From: Lepidodermella squamata
Taxonomy: Eukaryota > Animalia > Gastrotricha
Direction of reading: 5' to 3'
DNA length: 64,000 nt
Assembly: GCA_047495785.1 (NCBI GenBank)
Contig: JBLDXI010000033.1
Span: 124,001-188,000, forward strand
Part shown: positions 48,603-60,273 of the stretch, piece after piece
Layout of the letters: each line of letters starts with the position of its first letter
How positions within the stretch are numbered: the first letter of the stretch is position 1
Translations under genes and position numbers: made by a program
Notes under the pieces: generated by a model
What the model saw: only the letters and a program-made list of their open reading frames with translations
Database searches by the model: none
Told to the model about the DNA's origin: nothing

Positions 48603-50359
48603 CTAATTAGGATTTAAATTCGAAGAAACGCTAAGAACGTGGCAAAATACGCAGTCTTTAGTCGCATCGTTTTTAAGAAACCGCCCAGTGTTCGTACTGA
48701 CGACTTTGATTGCCGATTTATTCGCGATTATTTCCGCGAGTTCGCTTGGCGGTGTTAGTTTCTCGCTGAATACTGAGCTAAGTTTGATTGGATGCATATA
48801 GGGCAGGGTCATGTCGTAGACGTGACCGATTGGCTTCACCCTGATGTCGCCGTTAGACCAGTCCTGGCCGGTCAGGGTCAGTAGTTGGACGTCATCTTTG
48901 TGGAGAAGTGCTGAAACTGAGGTTCCAACTGCGAATTCGAGCCATACTCGATGCCTGGTTAGTATTAAACATATTTTTGTAATAAAATTGAGTCATTTGT
49001 GATTTTTAGTGTAACATTGAACTTGCTTGATTTTTATAGTTTTCGAATTCAGTAGAATAAATAAATGAATAAATATTTCGACAAAATTCTGAATTTTCAG
49101 ATTGAAATTTTAAAATAATTATTCAAATTTATTCATAACTTCCTGATCGTTGAGAAATCTGAAAAATTAGGAAGAAACTTCAAATCAAGAGCCACACATA
49201 TTTAATTGATGAATAACCGAAGATTAAAATCTGGAAACAAATTAAAAGAATTCCTTACTTTGCTATGAGTTGGAACATTTCAGCGAACTGCCGCCATTTC
49301 GATTTTGTGATGTAGAAAAAATCCCCGCCGCTAAACATGACCCGCCGAGGACCGAATGTGGCTTCGAGCGCGTTTTTATGGGCCAACTGCCAAAATTCCG
49401 AACCCGATTTGCCCAGTTCATCGAACTCATCGAAAAATGATACCAACTCTGTCCTATACTCGGTCGTATAAAACCACCTGGATTCATTCGTACAATCGAC
49501 CTCATTGTCCGAATTGAGTCCTAAGCATTCACCTCCCTAGGAAAAATTCAGGAATCAGTCTATTTGAGGATAGGAATTAATTTATACCGTATCAACTTGG
49601 TGGATTACAATGCCACGGGTTACATCTCTAGGCCGCAATCCTGGGTACTGAATCATCATAAACCAATTTTTATCCAGACTCCTGTCGTCATTTGGACCGC
49701 CCCAATTCCAGTAATTGAGCATAACGTCGTCACCCGCGACCAAAATCCCGTCGAAATCATCAGGACGTATCAAATAGAGGGCCTCGTTGAAGCAAAGGTA
49801 GGCCGATTCGCCATTGTCCCATTGCGGCTTGGGATAGGTTAGAAATTTGACATGTTCCGGCAGGGCAAGTTCAGGCATTATTTCTCGAACACTTTGCCAC
49901 AATGGCCAGAAGTTTGATTTTTCGCCAGCTTCAGGGCCGCAAAACATAATTTCTCCGAATATCCTGAACAACAGTTGAAAGATGGGATACAGGAAATATT
50001 CAACCTTACCTTCTATATAGGGCGTAATTTTTAATTGCCGAGACATAGAGCGGATCGTTGAAGTAAATGACGAGCAAAACCCGGTTTAAATTTAAATAGG
50101 TTTTAGTAAAATTGCCGCGATTAGGGTCGAACCATTTTCCATTTTCGAGGTTTTCTTGGACGATTGAGCGGCATTCATCGCATTCTTGCAGTAATTTTCG
50201 ACATTCTTCGTCAAAATAATTCGATTGAAATTCGTCTCCGCTGATTTGCTGTTGAAATTCGATTTCCGGTGCTGTGTAAAATATATCGAGAACAAATAAC
50301 AGGTAAAACGCGACAAAGCTTGTTACAACAAGCATGAAACGCCTAGTTCGCCGAATCAT
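48603..50359 (-). CDS. DUF288/STELLO-like putative glycosyltransferase, type II membrane protein
   Basis: N-terminal TM anchor, VLLVIYFNDPLY, IMFCGP, AYLCFNEA, GILVAGDDVMLNYWN, DFFYITK, HRVWLEFAVGT and HPIKLS. Four exons. Confidence 0.75.
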
Positions 50360-50373
50360 TCAAAATGTTGATT

Positions 50374-52443
50374 TTAAAAAGGTGGAACTACGACACATTG
50401 ACAATAATTTGTAAGCATTTTTTTATTTTTTACTCGCGAGATCTTGCGAACGTGTGCCTTTTCGAAGACAGGCTTTGACGTTGTCATGGAGTGTTCAGGC
50501 GTATAAAGGATAAAATACACAACCAAAATGACTAGTTTTCCAAAGAAGTAACCGATCGCTATCGCAAGATACTTCTTAACGTGTACTTTGCTTTCGTCGT
50601 CGAAGGAAAGGAAAATTGTTTCATTTGCCACTGTTTTAGTATGCTTCTTCTTTCTTTTGCTATGCTTTTCCTTAAATACTTCGTGGATGTCTGCTGCAAC
50701 CTTTAACCGGGAGACAACAGCTCTGGTTGACACTTTCTTGATTCCCGAAAGGAACCAAGCAGCGTGCAGGAAAACGAAAGCATTCGGTAAGGACATGCTA
50801 GCGTTGAATATCAAACCACGAATCATGCACTCGAGATATGGGAACCAGGTAGCTCCAATTACGATCAGCATCGCCACTGAATTCATCACGAGACAAAACA
50901 ATAAGAGTATGACTGGGTTAGCTTTTCTGAAAACCACGGAGCGGCCTTTCCGATTAACCGCAATGATGCCAGCGTAGCACTGAGCAATAGAGATAATGGC
51001 CGTAACGATTGGGAATACTCCTTCTCGGTCACAGGATGCAGTAATGTCCAGTGTATCAGACAAATCTTTTGGTAAGGTGTTACCAGGCCAATAAGGCTTC
51101 TTCACAACCGTGAAGTCGTAGCTACTCAGATTGAAAGTTGGGTTATTTTTCTTGACAAGTTTCGCAAGAAGATCGGCCTTCCCTTTCCGCATTTGAGCAA
51201 TCCAAAGATCGTCCCCTGATATTTCTCCGAGTCTGCTAAAGGCTAGCCTACCCAGTCTTAATCCATTTATGTCTGTGTTTTCGGATACAGCTCTCACAAC
51301 GTCTGCGACAAGTGCAGGGTCCCTTTCAAAACTAGCTAGACTTTTGTTGTAATTCGATCGCAGAATCCTGTCTGCTTTATCAGCGTTCATAATTGCGGTC
51401 AAAATCGCGTCGTGACATAGGTACCTTGTTGAAAAATCCGTGCTATTAGTGAGAGGTGCCATGTAGGCGTCGAATTCTGCGAGGGTATAGTCAAGACTTG
51501 TTCGACTAATAGAAGGGTTCGCCGGAATCGGAAGAGACCCAGCATAAAAGTAAATCTCCAGCTGTTCCACCAACATACCTATAGTGCATCCGTCAGGTAG
51601 CGAAGTATCTTGCTCATCGATTTCGAACGCGCACCATAACAAATTAATGAAAGCATAATAGGGCGCACGCATTCCGACAACGTGAGACAGGCATAAGAAT
51701 TTTATACAAGTCGCGCCGGATGCCAATGACAAGACGATAATTCTTGCATCACTGATGTTCAACTCGTTCGCAATTTCTAAATCGATGTCATAGACGCTGT
51801 CGTAGCGAATAACAGATATGTTATAATCAGAGGCGATTCCATTCATTCTTTCCGCTACTAGGTATTCGTTGGAGTTGTTGGCGTTAGTCAAAATTGCTAT
51901 TTCTCTCCAATATCCGATGAATTTAAGAAAAGCTAACCCAGCCATGACGTTTGCCTCTGTAGCGGTTGATACAGTGAATACTGATGAGTATAGGTTTGAT
52001 CTTCTAAAAAGGGGCGGACCGCTGCAGCGAGGTGAGTATTCAGTGAGCTGAAGATGTTTTAAAGTCAAAGCTACAACGTTACAAGAAGATGTTGGTCCAA
52101 AAACAATAGGAGCCATGATACTAGTTGGCGACTCTGCCTGCTTTCGATAAAAATTAATTGTCGCCGCATTAGCTTTGTTTGCACCTTGACCTTCATCTTT
52201 CACTTGGAGCTGAAAAATATAATCAGCTAGGATGTCTTTCCGGGGATTCACCGAGTCAATGACGAATTGAACAGCGGCTTCACAGGCTGATGAATTAGCA
52301 GAAGCAGTTGCATTACCTCTCGGTAATAATGCCAGCATTGTGAGATAAACGGTAGAGCTGTCATTCTGAGCGAGAGTTAGACAGCCACTTCCGAAGGCCA
52401 TTATTGCCAGAAGAATTAGGATAATTCGAAATTCGCAATTCAT
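50374..52443 (-). pseudogene. Class C (GABA-B-like) GPCR paralog 1, truncated after TM4 (pseudogene or 4-TM variant)
   Basis: Colinear with paralogs 2 and 3 up to SKPVFE, followed by an unrelated tail (KAHVRKISRVKNKK...PPF*). TM5-7 are absent and there is no room for further exons before the next gene. Confidence 0.75.
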
Positions 52444-52699
52444 TTCAAAGCGAAGTGCAGAACATCTGATATGTTTAAAGTTTATGACTGGTCCACTTCG
52501 CAATGTCAACAATAAATGAATTCAATATTTTGAAGCATGGGCGTCATTTTCTAAGCAAGTTATTGGATTTCAGCAAGACGGAAGCTTTTATCCTATCCAT
52601 ATATATCACCATCTATATGTCCAGTATTGTCGTCATTTTAAGGGAAACAGTAATGCATTAGTCACGAAATGGACTGTGTGGGCGATGAATGGCCATTAG

Positions 52700-53140
52700 G
52701 TATGTTTCCGATTTTTCCGATAAAGCTCGTGACCTGAGTGCGTCTTGACGATGGCGAAACCCACGTACTTGGCAATACTTTTCAATATTTTTATTTGTAA
52801 CGAAAGAATTGTCTTTGAAGATAGGAAAGTTTCTAATGGGCAGCAAATCTCATAACTGGAAGCAGAGCGGATGTTTCCAACTACCGACCCATCTCCACTG
52901 GTCTTCCAGTGAAAAGCGCACCTGCCATGTTTCAAGTTCTGGACATCAGCCTAGCACGGCTCTAGAGAAAAGCACTACACAGATACATGCGTCGCCGAAT
53001 TTACCGAAGATTGGCAAAGCTTTTATCTCAGGCTTTGGCACATCGTTGAGGTGCCCGGCCCACAGGGTCATCTGCTCCCGCTTGTCAGCAGCCTACCACC
53101 TTTGTTATTGAAGGGCGCCGAGCGACTCGATTTTGTCACC
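52700..53140 (+). mobile_element. Degenerate non-LTR (LINE) reverse transcriptase fragment
   Basis: Frameshifted remnants AKPTYLAILFN, SLKIGKF, GSRADVSNYRPIS (52858-52896), IGKAF and GPQGHLLPLVSS occur in the order expected for the N-terminal RT motifs of LINEs. Confidence 0.7.
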
Positions 53141-53267
53141 TGCTAAAAGCTTGATCTATGTTCAGATTGATCTTTAAATATTAGCTTGTTTATTAGTAAG
53201 AGGACTGCCTAATAGCATATTACAAACCACGCCAATTGAAATGAACTGAAAACTGGCTGCTAGTTGA

Positions 53268-55637
53268 TCACACTGGTACAACATCGCTGTTTCGCAAGAT
53301 GGGCACAAAGTAAACAGCGAATGTCGAGGATGAAAGCAGCATCAATCCGGCAGATGTTGACAGCAGTTTGCCACATGACTTGGTTTCATCAGACAGAACC
53401 ATGAATATAAAGGTAAAAGCCAGCAGCAGAGCGAACTGATTAACAGAAGCGAGAGTACCCGAAACAAACTCATGATGTACGGCTTTAGGATGTTGTACGT
53501 TCTTCAATTGTTGGCACAAGAACAAGCAACAAATCATAAGCGTGACATCTATTGCAAACAGGGCGATCTGGAATTCGCCAATGTGGAGCATAGTACAAAT
53601 ATTCTTGCTGTAATCGACATAAGCATCTACAGCCGCTTCAAAATACGGGTTTGAAATTGATGTAACATGCTGAACGGGAAACAAGGTAACACCGATCAGG
53701 ATCAATGCAAGTTTAATCGCAATATAGCTGACAGCAACTAGGATAGACATTTTCGACAGCTTGACAGCTCCAATGGAAGGTACAGCTAGCCGGGCTATCT
53801 TCCTCACGTCAGGGCTAGGCTCCCTGTAGTGATGATTTCTCTGCCGGATTCTCAGCCCTCGATTCTGGCGCGGCGAATCAGCAACACCGAATGCGCGTTG
53901 GGCGAATGGACTTCCAGTAATAGCGATAATAACTGGGGTAATTCTTATTCCAGAAATTAAGCTGGCAACATGAATGTACACAAAAGCGTGCAGAAACGAA
54001 TTGGCTAAGATGAATAGCATATTCTGAATCATGCATCCAATATCAGGAAAGAAATTAGCTCCCAGAGGTATCATCAAAGCCACCACATTTAGGGATAAGC
54101 ACATTGCCATCAAATAGACCATGCTCTTGCTGTTAAATACAATATATGGAGCTTTCCTTCGAAGGGCGGTGTAAGTGACGTAAAGCTGTGGAATTGAGAT
54201 TAGAATTGCTGGGATTGATGTCAGTCCCAATGAATCACACACCTCTGAAAAGTGAAGAGTTTCGGACAAATCCTTCGGTGGTTTCCCTGAGGGCCAATCC
54301 GGCTCTTTTAAAGCTATGAATTCGTAGCTGTTCAGCTTGAAACTATCATTTCTTCTGCGCACCAATTTTGCGAGGAAATTCGGAGTACCACCTCTCATTT
54401 GAACAATCCATTGGTCATCGTACAGAATCTCTCCTAGTTTTCGAAATGCGAGCTTTCCAAGCCTCAGCCCGTTCACTTCCGTGTTGCTGGAGACATACCT
54501 AACCACTTCGGCTACCAAAGTAGGATCTGTCTCAAAGCTAGCCAAGCTTCCATTATATTTGGCTTTCAAAATACGATCTGCTTTGTCTGCGTTCATTATT
54601 GCTGTTAATATCGCATCGTGGCAAACAAATCGAGTGAAAAAATCCGACGTCATCGCATAAGGCTTCATGTAAGCTTCGAAATCTGCCATGGTATAGCCTA
54701 GGCTCGTTACGTGAGTAGCGGATGAGTTGTATGCAATCGGAACTGAACCAGTAAAGAAGTAAATATTTAGCTGCTCCATTAACATGTTTTTCGTGCATCC
54801 GTCGGGAAGCACCAAGTCCGGTCGAGAAATCTCTATGGGGCACCATAACAGGTTGATGAATGCGAAATATGGAGATTTCACGCCGACGAAGTAGGAAAGG
54901 CAGAGCACCTGAATACAGTTCGCGCTAGAAGCCAAGGACATGACTATAATTCTTGCATTACTGGCATTGAGAGCCGCAATAGTATCCAAATTGATGTCGT
55001 AGGTGCTATCATAATGTATGACTGATACTTCATTTTTGCTGGCAACTTCGTTCATGCTTTGAGCGACGAGGTATTCGTTCGAATTATTCGCATTCGTTAA
55101 AATGGCTATTTCGCGCCAACGACCGATTTTTTTGATGAAAGCAAGTGCTGCCATAACATTGAACTCAGCTGCTGTTTGAACGGTGAAGAAAGAGTTATAA
55201 AGATCCGGCTTCCTTGCGATTGCCGGACCACTGCAACGGGGTGAATACTGCGTTAGTTCAAGGTGTTTCAACGTGAGAGCAACGTTGAAACACGCCGTTG
55301 TAGGCCCGAAAACTATCGGCGCCATTGCACTATCCACCAGCTCTTTCTGCCGTCTGTAAAAATTCATCGCTCCATAGTTTGCGAGTACAGCAGAAGGGCC
55401 TTCATTTTCGATTTGGAGCCGGAAAATAAAGTCGGGAAGAATGTCATGCCTTGGATTAACGATATCAATAACGTATCTCACGGCAGCCTCGCACGCTAAA
55501 GATCCGTTATACGAACTATTGTCACTTGGAGGTAAAAACGCAAGCATCGTAAGGTATACAGGGTTAGCCGTTGACCCGATTTCCTTTAACAAAAGAAAGA
55601 CTAGAACCATGCAAATACAACTTTCGCAGAAATTCAT
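53268..55637 (-). CDS. Class C (GABA-B-like) GPCR paralog 2: Venus-flytrap domain plus 7TM, intronless
   Basis: Signal peptide, ANF/VFT fold (AAVRYVIDIVNPRHDILPDF, PIVFGP, IGRWREIAIL, NARIIV, HDAI), no Cys-rich linker, seven TM segments with TM3/ECL2 Cys, and TM7 ending in YFVP. Confidence 0.88.
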   Translation of the reverse strand: MNFCESCICMVLVFLLLKEIGSTANPVYLTMLAFLPPSDNSSYNGSLACEAAVRYVIDIVNPRHDILPDFIFRLQIENEGPSAVLANYGAMNFYRRQKELVDSAMAPIVFGPTTACFNVALTLKHLELTQYSPRCSGPAIARKPDLYNSFFTVQTAAEFNVMAALAFIKKIGRWREIAILTNANNSNEYLVAQSMNEVASKNEVSVIHYDSTYDINLDTIAALNASNARIIVMSLASSANCIQVLCLSYFVGVKSPYFAFINLLWCPIEISRPDLVLPDGCTKNMLMEQLNIYFFTGSVPIAYNSSATHVTSLGYTMADFEAYMKPYAMTSDFFTRFVCHDAILTAIMNADKADRILKAKYNGSLASFETDPTLVAEVVRYVSSNTEVNGLRLGKLAFRKLGEILYDDQWIVQMRGGTPNFLAKLVRRRNDSFKLNSYEFIALKEPDWPSGKPPKDLSETLHFSEVCDSLGLTSIPAILISIPQLYVTYTALRRKAPYIVFNSKSMVYLMAMCLSLNVVALMIPLGANFFPDIGCMIQNMLFILANSFLHAFVYIHVASLISGIRITPVIIAITGSPFAQRAFGVADSPRQNRGLRIRQRNHHYREPSPDVRKIARLAVPSIGAVKLSKMSILVAVSYIAIKLALILIGVTLFPVQHVTSISNPYFEAAVDAYVDYSKNICTMLHIGEFQIALFAIDVTLMICCLFLCQQLKNVQHPKAVHHEFVSGTLASVNQFALLLAFTFIFMVLSDETKSCGKLLSTSAGLMLLSSSTFAVYFVPILRNSDVVPV

Positions 55638-56147
55638 TTTCAGAAAATGATGCTACTGGTGAAAATGATGCTAAACAACACTGCAGATCTCAACTTTGAA
55701 ACATGAAACGACGTAGGGCGCCAAAGTGGCGAAGAATGCTCACCACACGCTTCCCGTCGCCACGCTCACTCATCATGTGTGCTGACTTTCGAAAATATCA
55801 GCAAGTAAAATAACACTGCCCGACTCGTCCGTTCAAGTTCAATATAATCCAGTATTCAGTTGTATCACATGAGAGCCACGATGATTTCAACTAGTGAGCA
55901 GCTCGCTATCCCTCGGTTCATGATTACAGCACGAAATCCTTAGCTTCGCAATAAACAGATAACAGCTTGAGTAACTTCAGTTAGCAAATCTAATTAATTA
56001 AAAAAAACTCAACATTTACGCGAGTTTGAAGAGGGAAATTTTTTTGGTAGATTTTCCAAAACAATAGGTTGCTTCTGCAGTTTATTAGATTGGCTATAGA
56101 ATTATAATCGGACCATACAGCAGCATCGTTGTCTCTTGTCTCATGGC

Positions 56148-58484
56148 TCATGGCTCCCTTCTCAACTTGGGCAATACAAAAATGGCGAAAGTGCTGATGG
56201 AATATATAAGAAGCCAGGCGGACAACAGCAACGCTTTACCACAAAATGACGCTGAAGTTGTAAGAGTTACAAAAACCAGTAGAAAACCCATCAACAAGAC
56301 ACATTGATTCACTGCTGCAAGTGAGATGGCCTTGAATTCTAGTCGCAAAGTATTTTCCAACTTATAATATCCTAACCTGTTACAAATGAACAGAGTGCCA
56401 ATCATCAAAACGAAGTCGGTCGAGAAAAGCATAGCTACCAGTTCAATCAAATGAGGTGTAAAACAGTATGTCTCCACGAAATCAATATACGCATCCATAT
56501 ACGCGTCAAAGTGTGGCAGTGATACACTGAATTCGATTTGAGCCCTGAAAAGGCTTGAGAATCCAATTAGGATCGCCACTTTAAAGGCGAAATAAAAGCC
56601 TGAGGCAAATCCTGTTTTCTTGGAAATTAATGGACTTCGGCTATCAAATGTAACCGTAGAATCACTACTTTTAGACTTCTTAGGCTTCTTGGATTTGGTC
56701 TTCCTCGCTCGGGCTTTCCGTTTCCTTCCAGCAGATTTTCGATTATCACAATCAATATCCACTACTCTAAGGGTTATCTCACTAGGAGTAACTCTTTTAA
56801 TACCTGCCAATATCCGAGCACCGTGGATGAAGACGAAACATTTTATCAAGGCTACTGCTATGCCAAAGACGATAAATCTCATCCTGCATTCAACCTCTGG
56901 GAACCAGTTTGATCCGACAGGAATAAGAATAGCCGCGCTGTTCATTAGCAGGCAAATTGAAAGGAGTAAAGATGCACTTCGCGTTTTGAATACAACTGTG
57001 GAAGCTTTCCGCCTTATAAAAGTATATATCGAAATGCATTGAATGGTAGATACACCAAGTGCAAGAAAAGTTGTTACTTGGTTTGGATCGCATAATATCG
57101 GGATATCAATTGTATCAGATAAATCCTTCGGTGCTTTGCTCAACGGCCATTTTGGTTCCCCCAGCTGTATAATTGAGTAGTTACGTAAGTCGAAACTAAG
57201 ACTCGTTTTTCGCTCAAGTTTCACAAGAAGGCCAATTGTAGCATTTCTCATTTGAACGATCCAGAAATGGTCATTTGATACTTCGCCTAATTTTTTGAAC
57301 GCAAGTCGACCCAGCCGGAAACCATACAAATCAGTGTTAGCTGACACATTTCTCACAATATCAGCAACGAAAGCGGGGTACGTTTCGAATGCCGCTAAGC
57401 TAAGGTTCTGCGATCTCAAAATCTGATCTGCTTTGTCTGCGTTCATAACGGCTGTCAAAATCGCATCGTGACAAATGTATCGCGTCGAAAAATCCGGTGA
57501 CAAGGCATACGGTCTCATATAAGTGTCGAACTCAACAATTGAGTGGCCTAATGATGATATCGCCCTCGATGAGGACGTAGACAAATTCACCGGAACCGGA
57601 AGCGAACCGGTAAAGAAGTATATTTCAAGCTGCTCAAAAACTATCTCTATCGTGCAGCCTTCAACTATCGGGAAATCGAGCTGATCCATCTCAAAAGAAC
57701 ACCACAGTAAATTGACAAAAACATAATATGGAGACCGCATACCAACAAGATGAGAGAGGCATAGAAATTTTAAGCAATTGTTTCGCGTAGATAACGATAG
57801 AACGATGATCCTTGCGTCGCTAATGTTGAGTGCAGTTACAGTTTCAATGTTGATTTCAAACGTGCTGTCATAAAGGACTACTTCTATACCATTATTACTG
57901 GCAATTTCATTCATGCGATCTGCAACAAGATAGTCATTCGAGTTGTTAGCGTTGGTCAAAATTGCGATTTCTCGCCACTGTCCGATGAGCTTGAGGAATG
58001 CCAATCCGGCTACAACATTAAATTCAGTTGAAGTTTGAACCGTGAAAAGTGAACTGAAAAGATCAGCTTTCCTAGAAATTGCCGGTCCGCTACAACGCGG
58101 TGAATATTGCGTGAGTTGAAGATGTTTCAGAGTCAAGGCTACGGTGTTGCATGACGTTGTGGGCCCGAAAACGATTGGAGCCATAAAGCTCTCAGCCCAT
58201 TCACTTTGTCTTCGGTAGAAACTTATGGCGCCAGAATTAGCGAGAACGGCCTCTGGACCTTCATTTTCTATCTGGAGACGAAAAACAAAATCGGGCAGAA
58301 TATCCTGCCGGCTATTTACGGAATCGATAACAAATCTGACAGCTGCTTCACATGCAGACAATTGACTGTCGTTTCTTGCTGGTAGAAAGGCAAGCATTGT
58401 CAAGTAGACCGACGAGTTGTCCTGCTGAGCGAGAATCACCCCAATACCTCCAATACAACATAAAACTAGGGTTTCAATGAGCAT
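56148..58484 (-). CDS. Class C (GABA-B-like) GPCR paralog 3: Venus-flytrap domain plus 7TM, intronless
   Basis: Same architecture as paralog 2. TM7 ends in FVLPKL. Confidence 0.88.
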   Translation of the reverse strand: MLIETLVLCCIGGIGVILAQQDNSSVYLTMLAFLPARNDSQLSACEAAVRFVIDSVNSRQDILPDFVFRLQIENEGPEAVLANSGAISFYRRQSEWAESFMAPIVFGPTTSCNTVALTLKHLQLTQYSPRCSGPAISRKADLFSSLFTVQTSTEFNVVAGLAFLKLIGQWREIAILTNANNSNDYLVADRMNEIASNNGIEVVLYDSTFEINIETVTALNISDARIIVLSLSTRNNCLKFLCLSHLVGMRSPYYVFVNLLWCSFEMDQLDFPIVEGCTIEIVFEQLEIYFFTGSLPVPVNLSTSSSRAISSLGHSIVEFDTYMRPYALSPDFSTRYICHDAILTAVMNADKADQILRSQNLSLAAFETYPAFVADIVRNVSANTDLYGFRLGRLAFKKLGEVSNDHFWIVQMRNATIGLLVKLERKTSLSFDLRNYSIIQLGEPKWPLSKAPKDLSDTIDIPILCDPNQVTTFLALGVSTIQCISIYTFIRRKASTVVFKTRSASLLLSICLLMNSAAILIPVGSNWFPEVECRMRFIVFGIAVALIKCFVFIHGARILAGIKRVTPSEITLRVVDIDCDNRKSAGRKRKARARKTKSKKPKKSKSSDSTVTFDSRSPLISKKTGFASGFYFAFKVAILIGFSSLFRAQIEFSVSLPHFDAYMDAYIDFVETYCFTPHLIELVAMLFSTDFVLMIGTLFICNRLGYYKLENTLRLEFKAISLAAVNQCVLLMGFLLVFVTLTTSASFCGKALLLSAWLLIYSISTFAIFVLPKLRREP

Positions 58485-60273
58485 TAAAGCTTTCTGTGAT
58501 CAAATATGCGTATCTGAGAATTCGTGTTATAGGTTTCCTCTACTAAAATAGCTCCAGCAAATCACTCGAGAAGTGGCTGAACTCTTCGCCAGTGACTGAA
58601 ATTCGACTCTGACTTTGCCGAAATGTTAGGTAGTCATTTCCGACTCATCGAGCGCATAATGTACCTGACAATCGCCTCTGCACCAAATGCGTGCGCCTTT
58701 ATCTTTTCCTGTCATGGGTATAGCTATTGGATTGTCTGCTGTCACTGCCGGTTTTTGAACCCGAAGGTATAAGGACAAATGAAACGTTTTCTGCTCTTGT
58801 TTCTTGAACCTCTTTAATCGCACATGTTTCACACTCAACACAAAAATTGAATGGATGAAGTGATCGCCATGGGATGCTGGCGTTGGTTGGCAACCAGGTC
58901 CATATTCGACTGACCTTTCGGCTCATCGGTCAACTACTATGCGTCAACTAGAAAATTGAAGCCTCCCATCGTGAACCAACAATACATATAGCATAAAAAT
59001 TGCTACTAGAAATTTGACAGACGCCCGTAGACCGAAGTAGAGTTTTGGAGATTTGTGTGGCTAATTATCCCCAGCTCGCGCTTGCAGCAAACTGGACCCA
59101 AGTAATTGAGAAACCTATCTCAGCCTACGGAGTTCGGTCAGGGTATCTGTAGGGTACCAGTTACAAAAAATGGGCCAATAATCGAATGGGCCAATTCACT
59201 GATTTTTAGTGAATCATTTGTCTTTTGAAGCTGTGAATGCAAGCTGAAATATTCGCAATTCATTCGATTTCCTGGATCAATATGCTGCTCAGAAACAGAT
59301 TATAATGAATTGTCAAACCGTCCACAGTCAATATCATGTCATTGCGATATGCATAAAAATGCAAAAATTAAAGCCGAGATGAAAATTAAGTCCAATTTGC
59401 TGGGAATCGAGCATCAGAGAAGTCTTCAATAAACTGCGCAGTACCTTTTCAAGAAACCTTTTCATTCATCTGAAGAAAGATGATAGGAGGCTTCTGACTT
59501 GACTTGGGAACTCAGTCATTCATTGAGCAAAAATTGCGGAGCCGCTAACATCCAAATAGCACTCAACATCATCTGAAGCCGGGGGTTAGTTCGGAAAAAT
59601 ATGGCAGACGTCATTCGTGCTCATTGGAGGCTCAAATTTTAATTACCTCAGCGACTTTACGATTCGCATCAAAGAACCAACCAATTTTTAAACTATTTTT
59701 CTCGACTTTTATTGTGATTGTACCACCAGCTTGTCAGTCAAAATCGGTCAAAAATGAAACAAAGTTACCGTATTTGTTCCAATAGTAGCCCATCCACAGC
59801 CCAGGGTTGAGGGGTCAAAACAAACAAACATTCGACGAAAACAAAAAATGAACGATTCACCAAATATTAATTTTTGAAATTTTTGAAATGTCGAGGTTGA
59901 AATTTTAGTAGCCTGGGCTGTTATAGGAACAAATACGGTGCCATTTTTTTCCTTCAATCCATGATGGCTGTCCTCGCCGAGTATCCATATTGCTCGTCGA
60001 AAATACGGCAATGAGGTCAAAGCAATAATAACGCGTGCACCTAAACGTGTCGTACACGCGCGCACTTCATTCATAAAAAATTACGTTTAGAGCAATAGAC
60101 GATAACTTCCGTTATAATAAAATAAGGTTGAAAGGCTCTATGCTGTAGATGGACAAACGCCATCTTTAGCTGCAATAAGGCTGTGATTTTCTGTTTGCCC
60201 TGTCTAACAAAATTAATAGGTTCCACAATTTTCTCACTTTCATTATTTTTCCTCGTGTTTTGTAGATATTATC

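Noticed and set aside
707-58484. Bacterial origin or contamination suggested by long intronless ORFs and tight spacing
   Set aside because: The intronless ORFs encode animal receptor and P450 families and are interleaved with intron-containing metazoan genes.
58626-59700. ORF fragments upstream of GPCR paralog 3
   Set aside because: Stop-riddled, with no identifiable domain.
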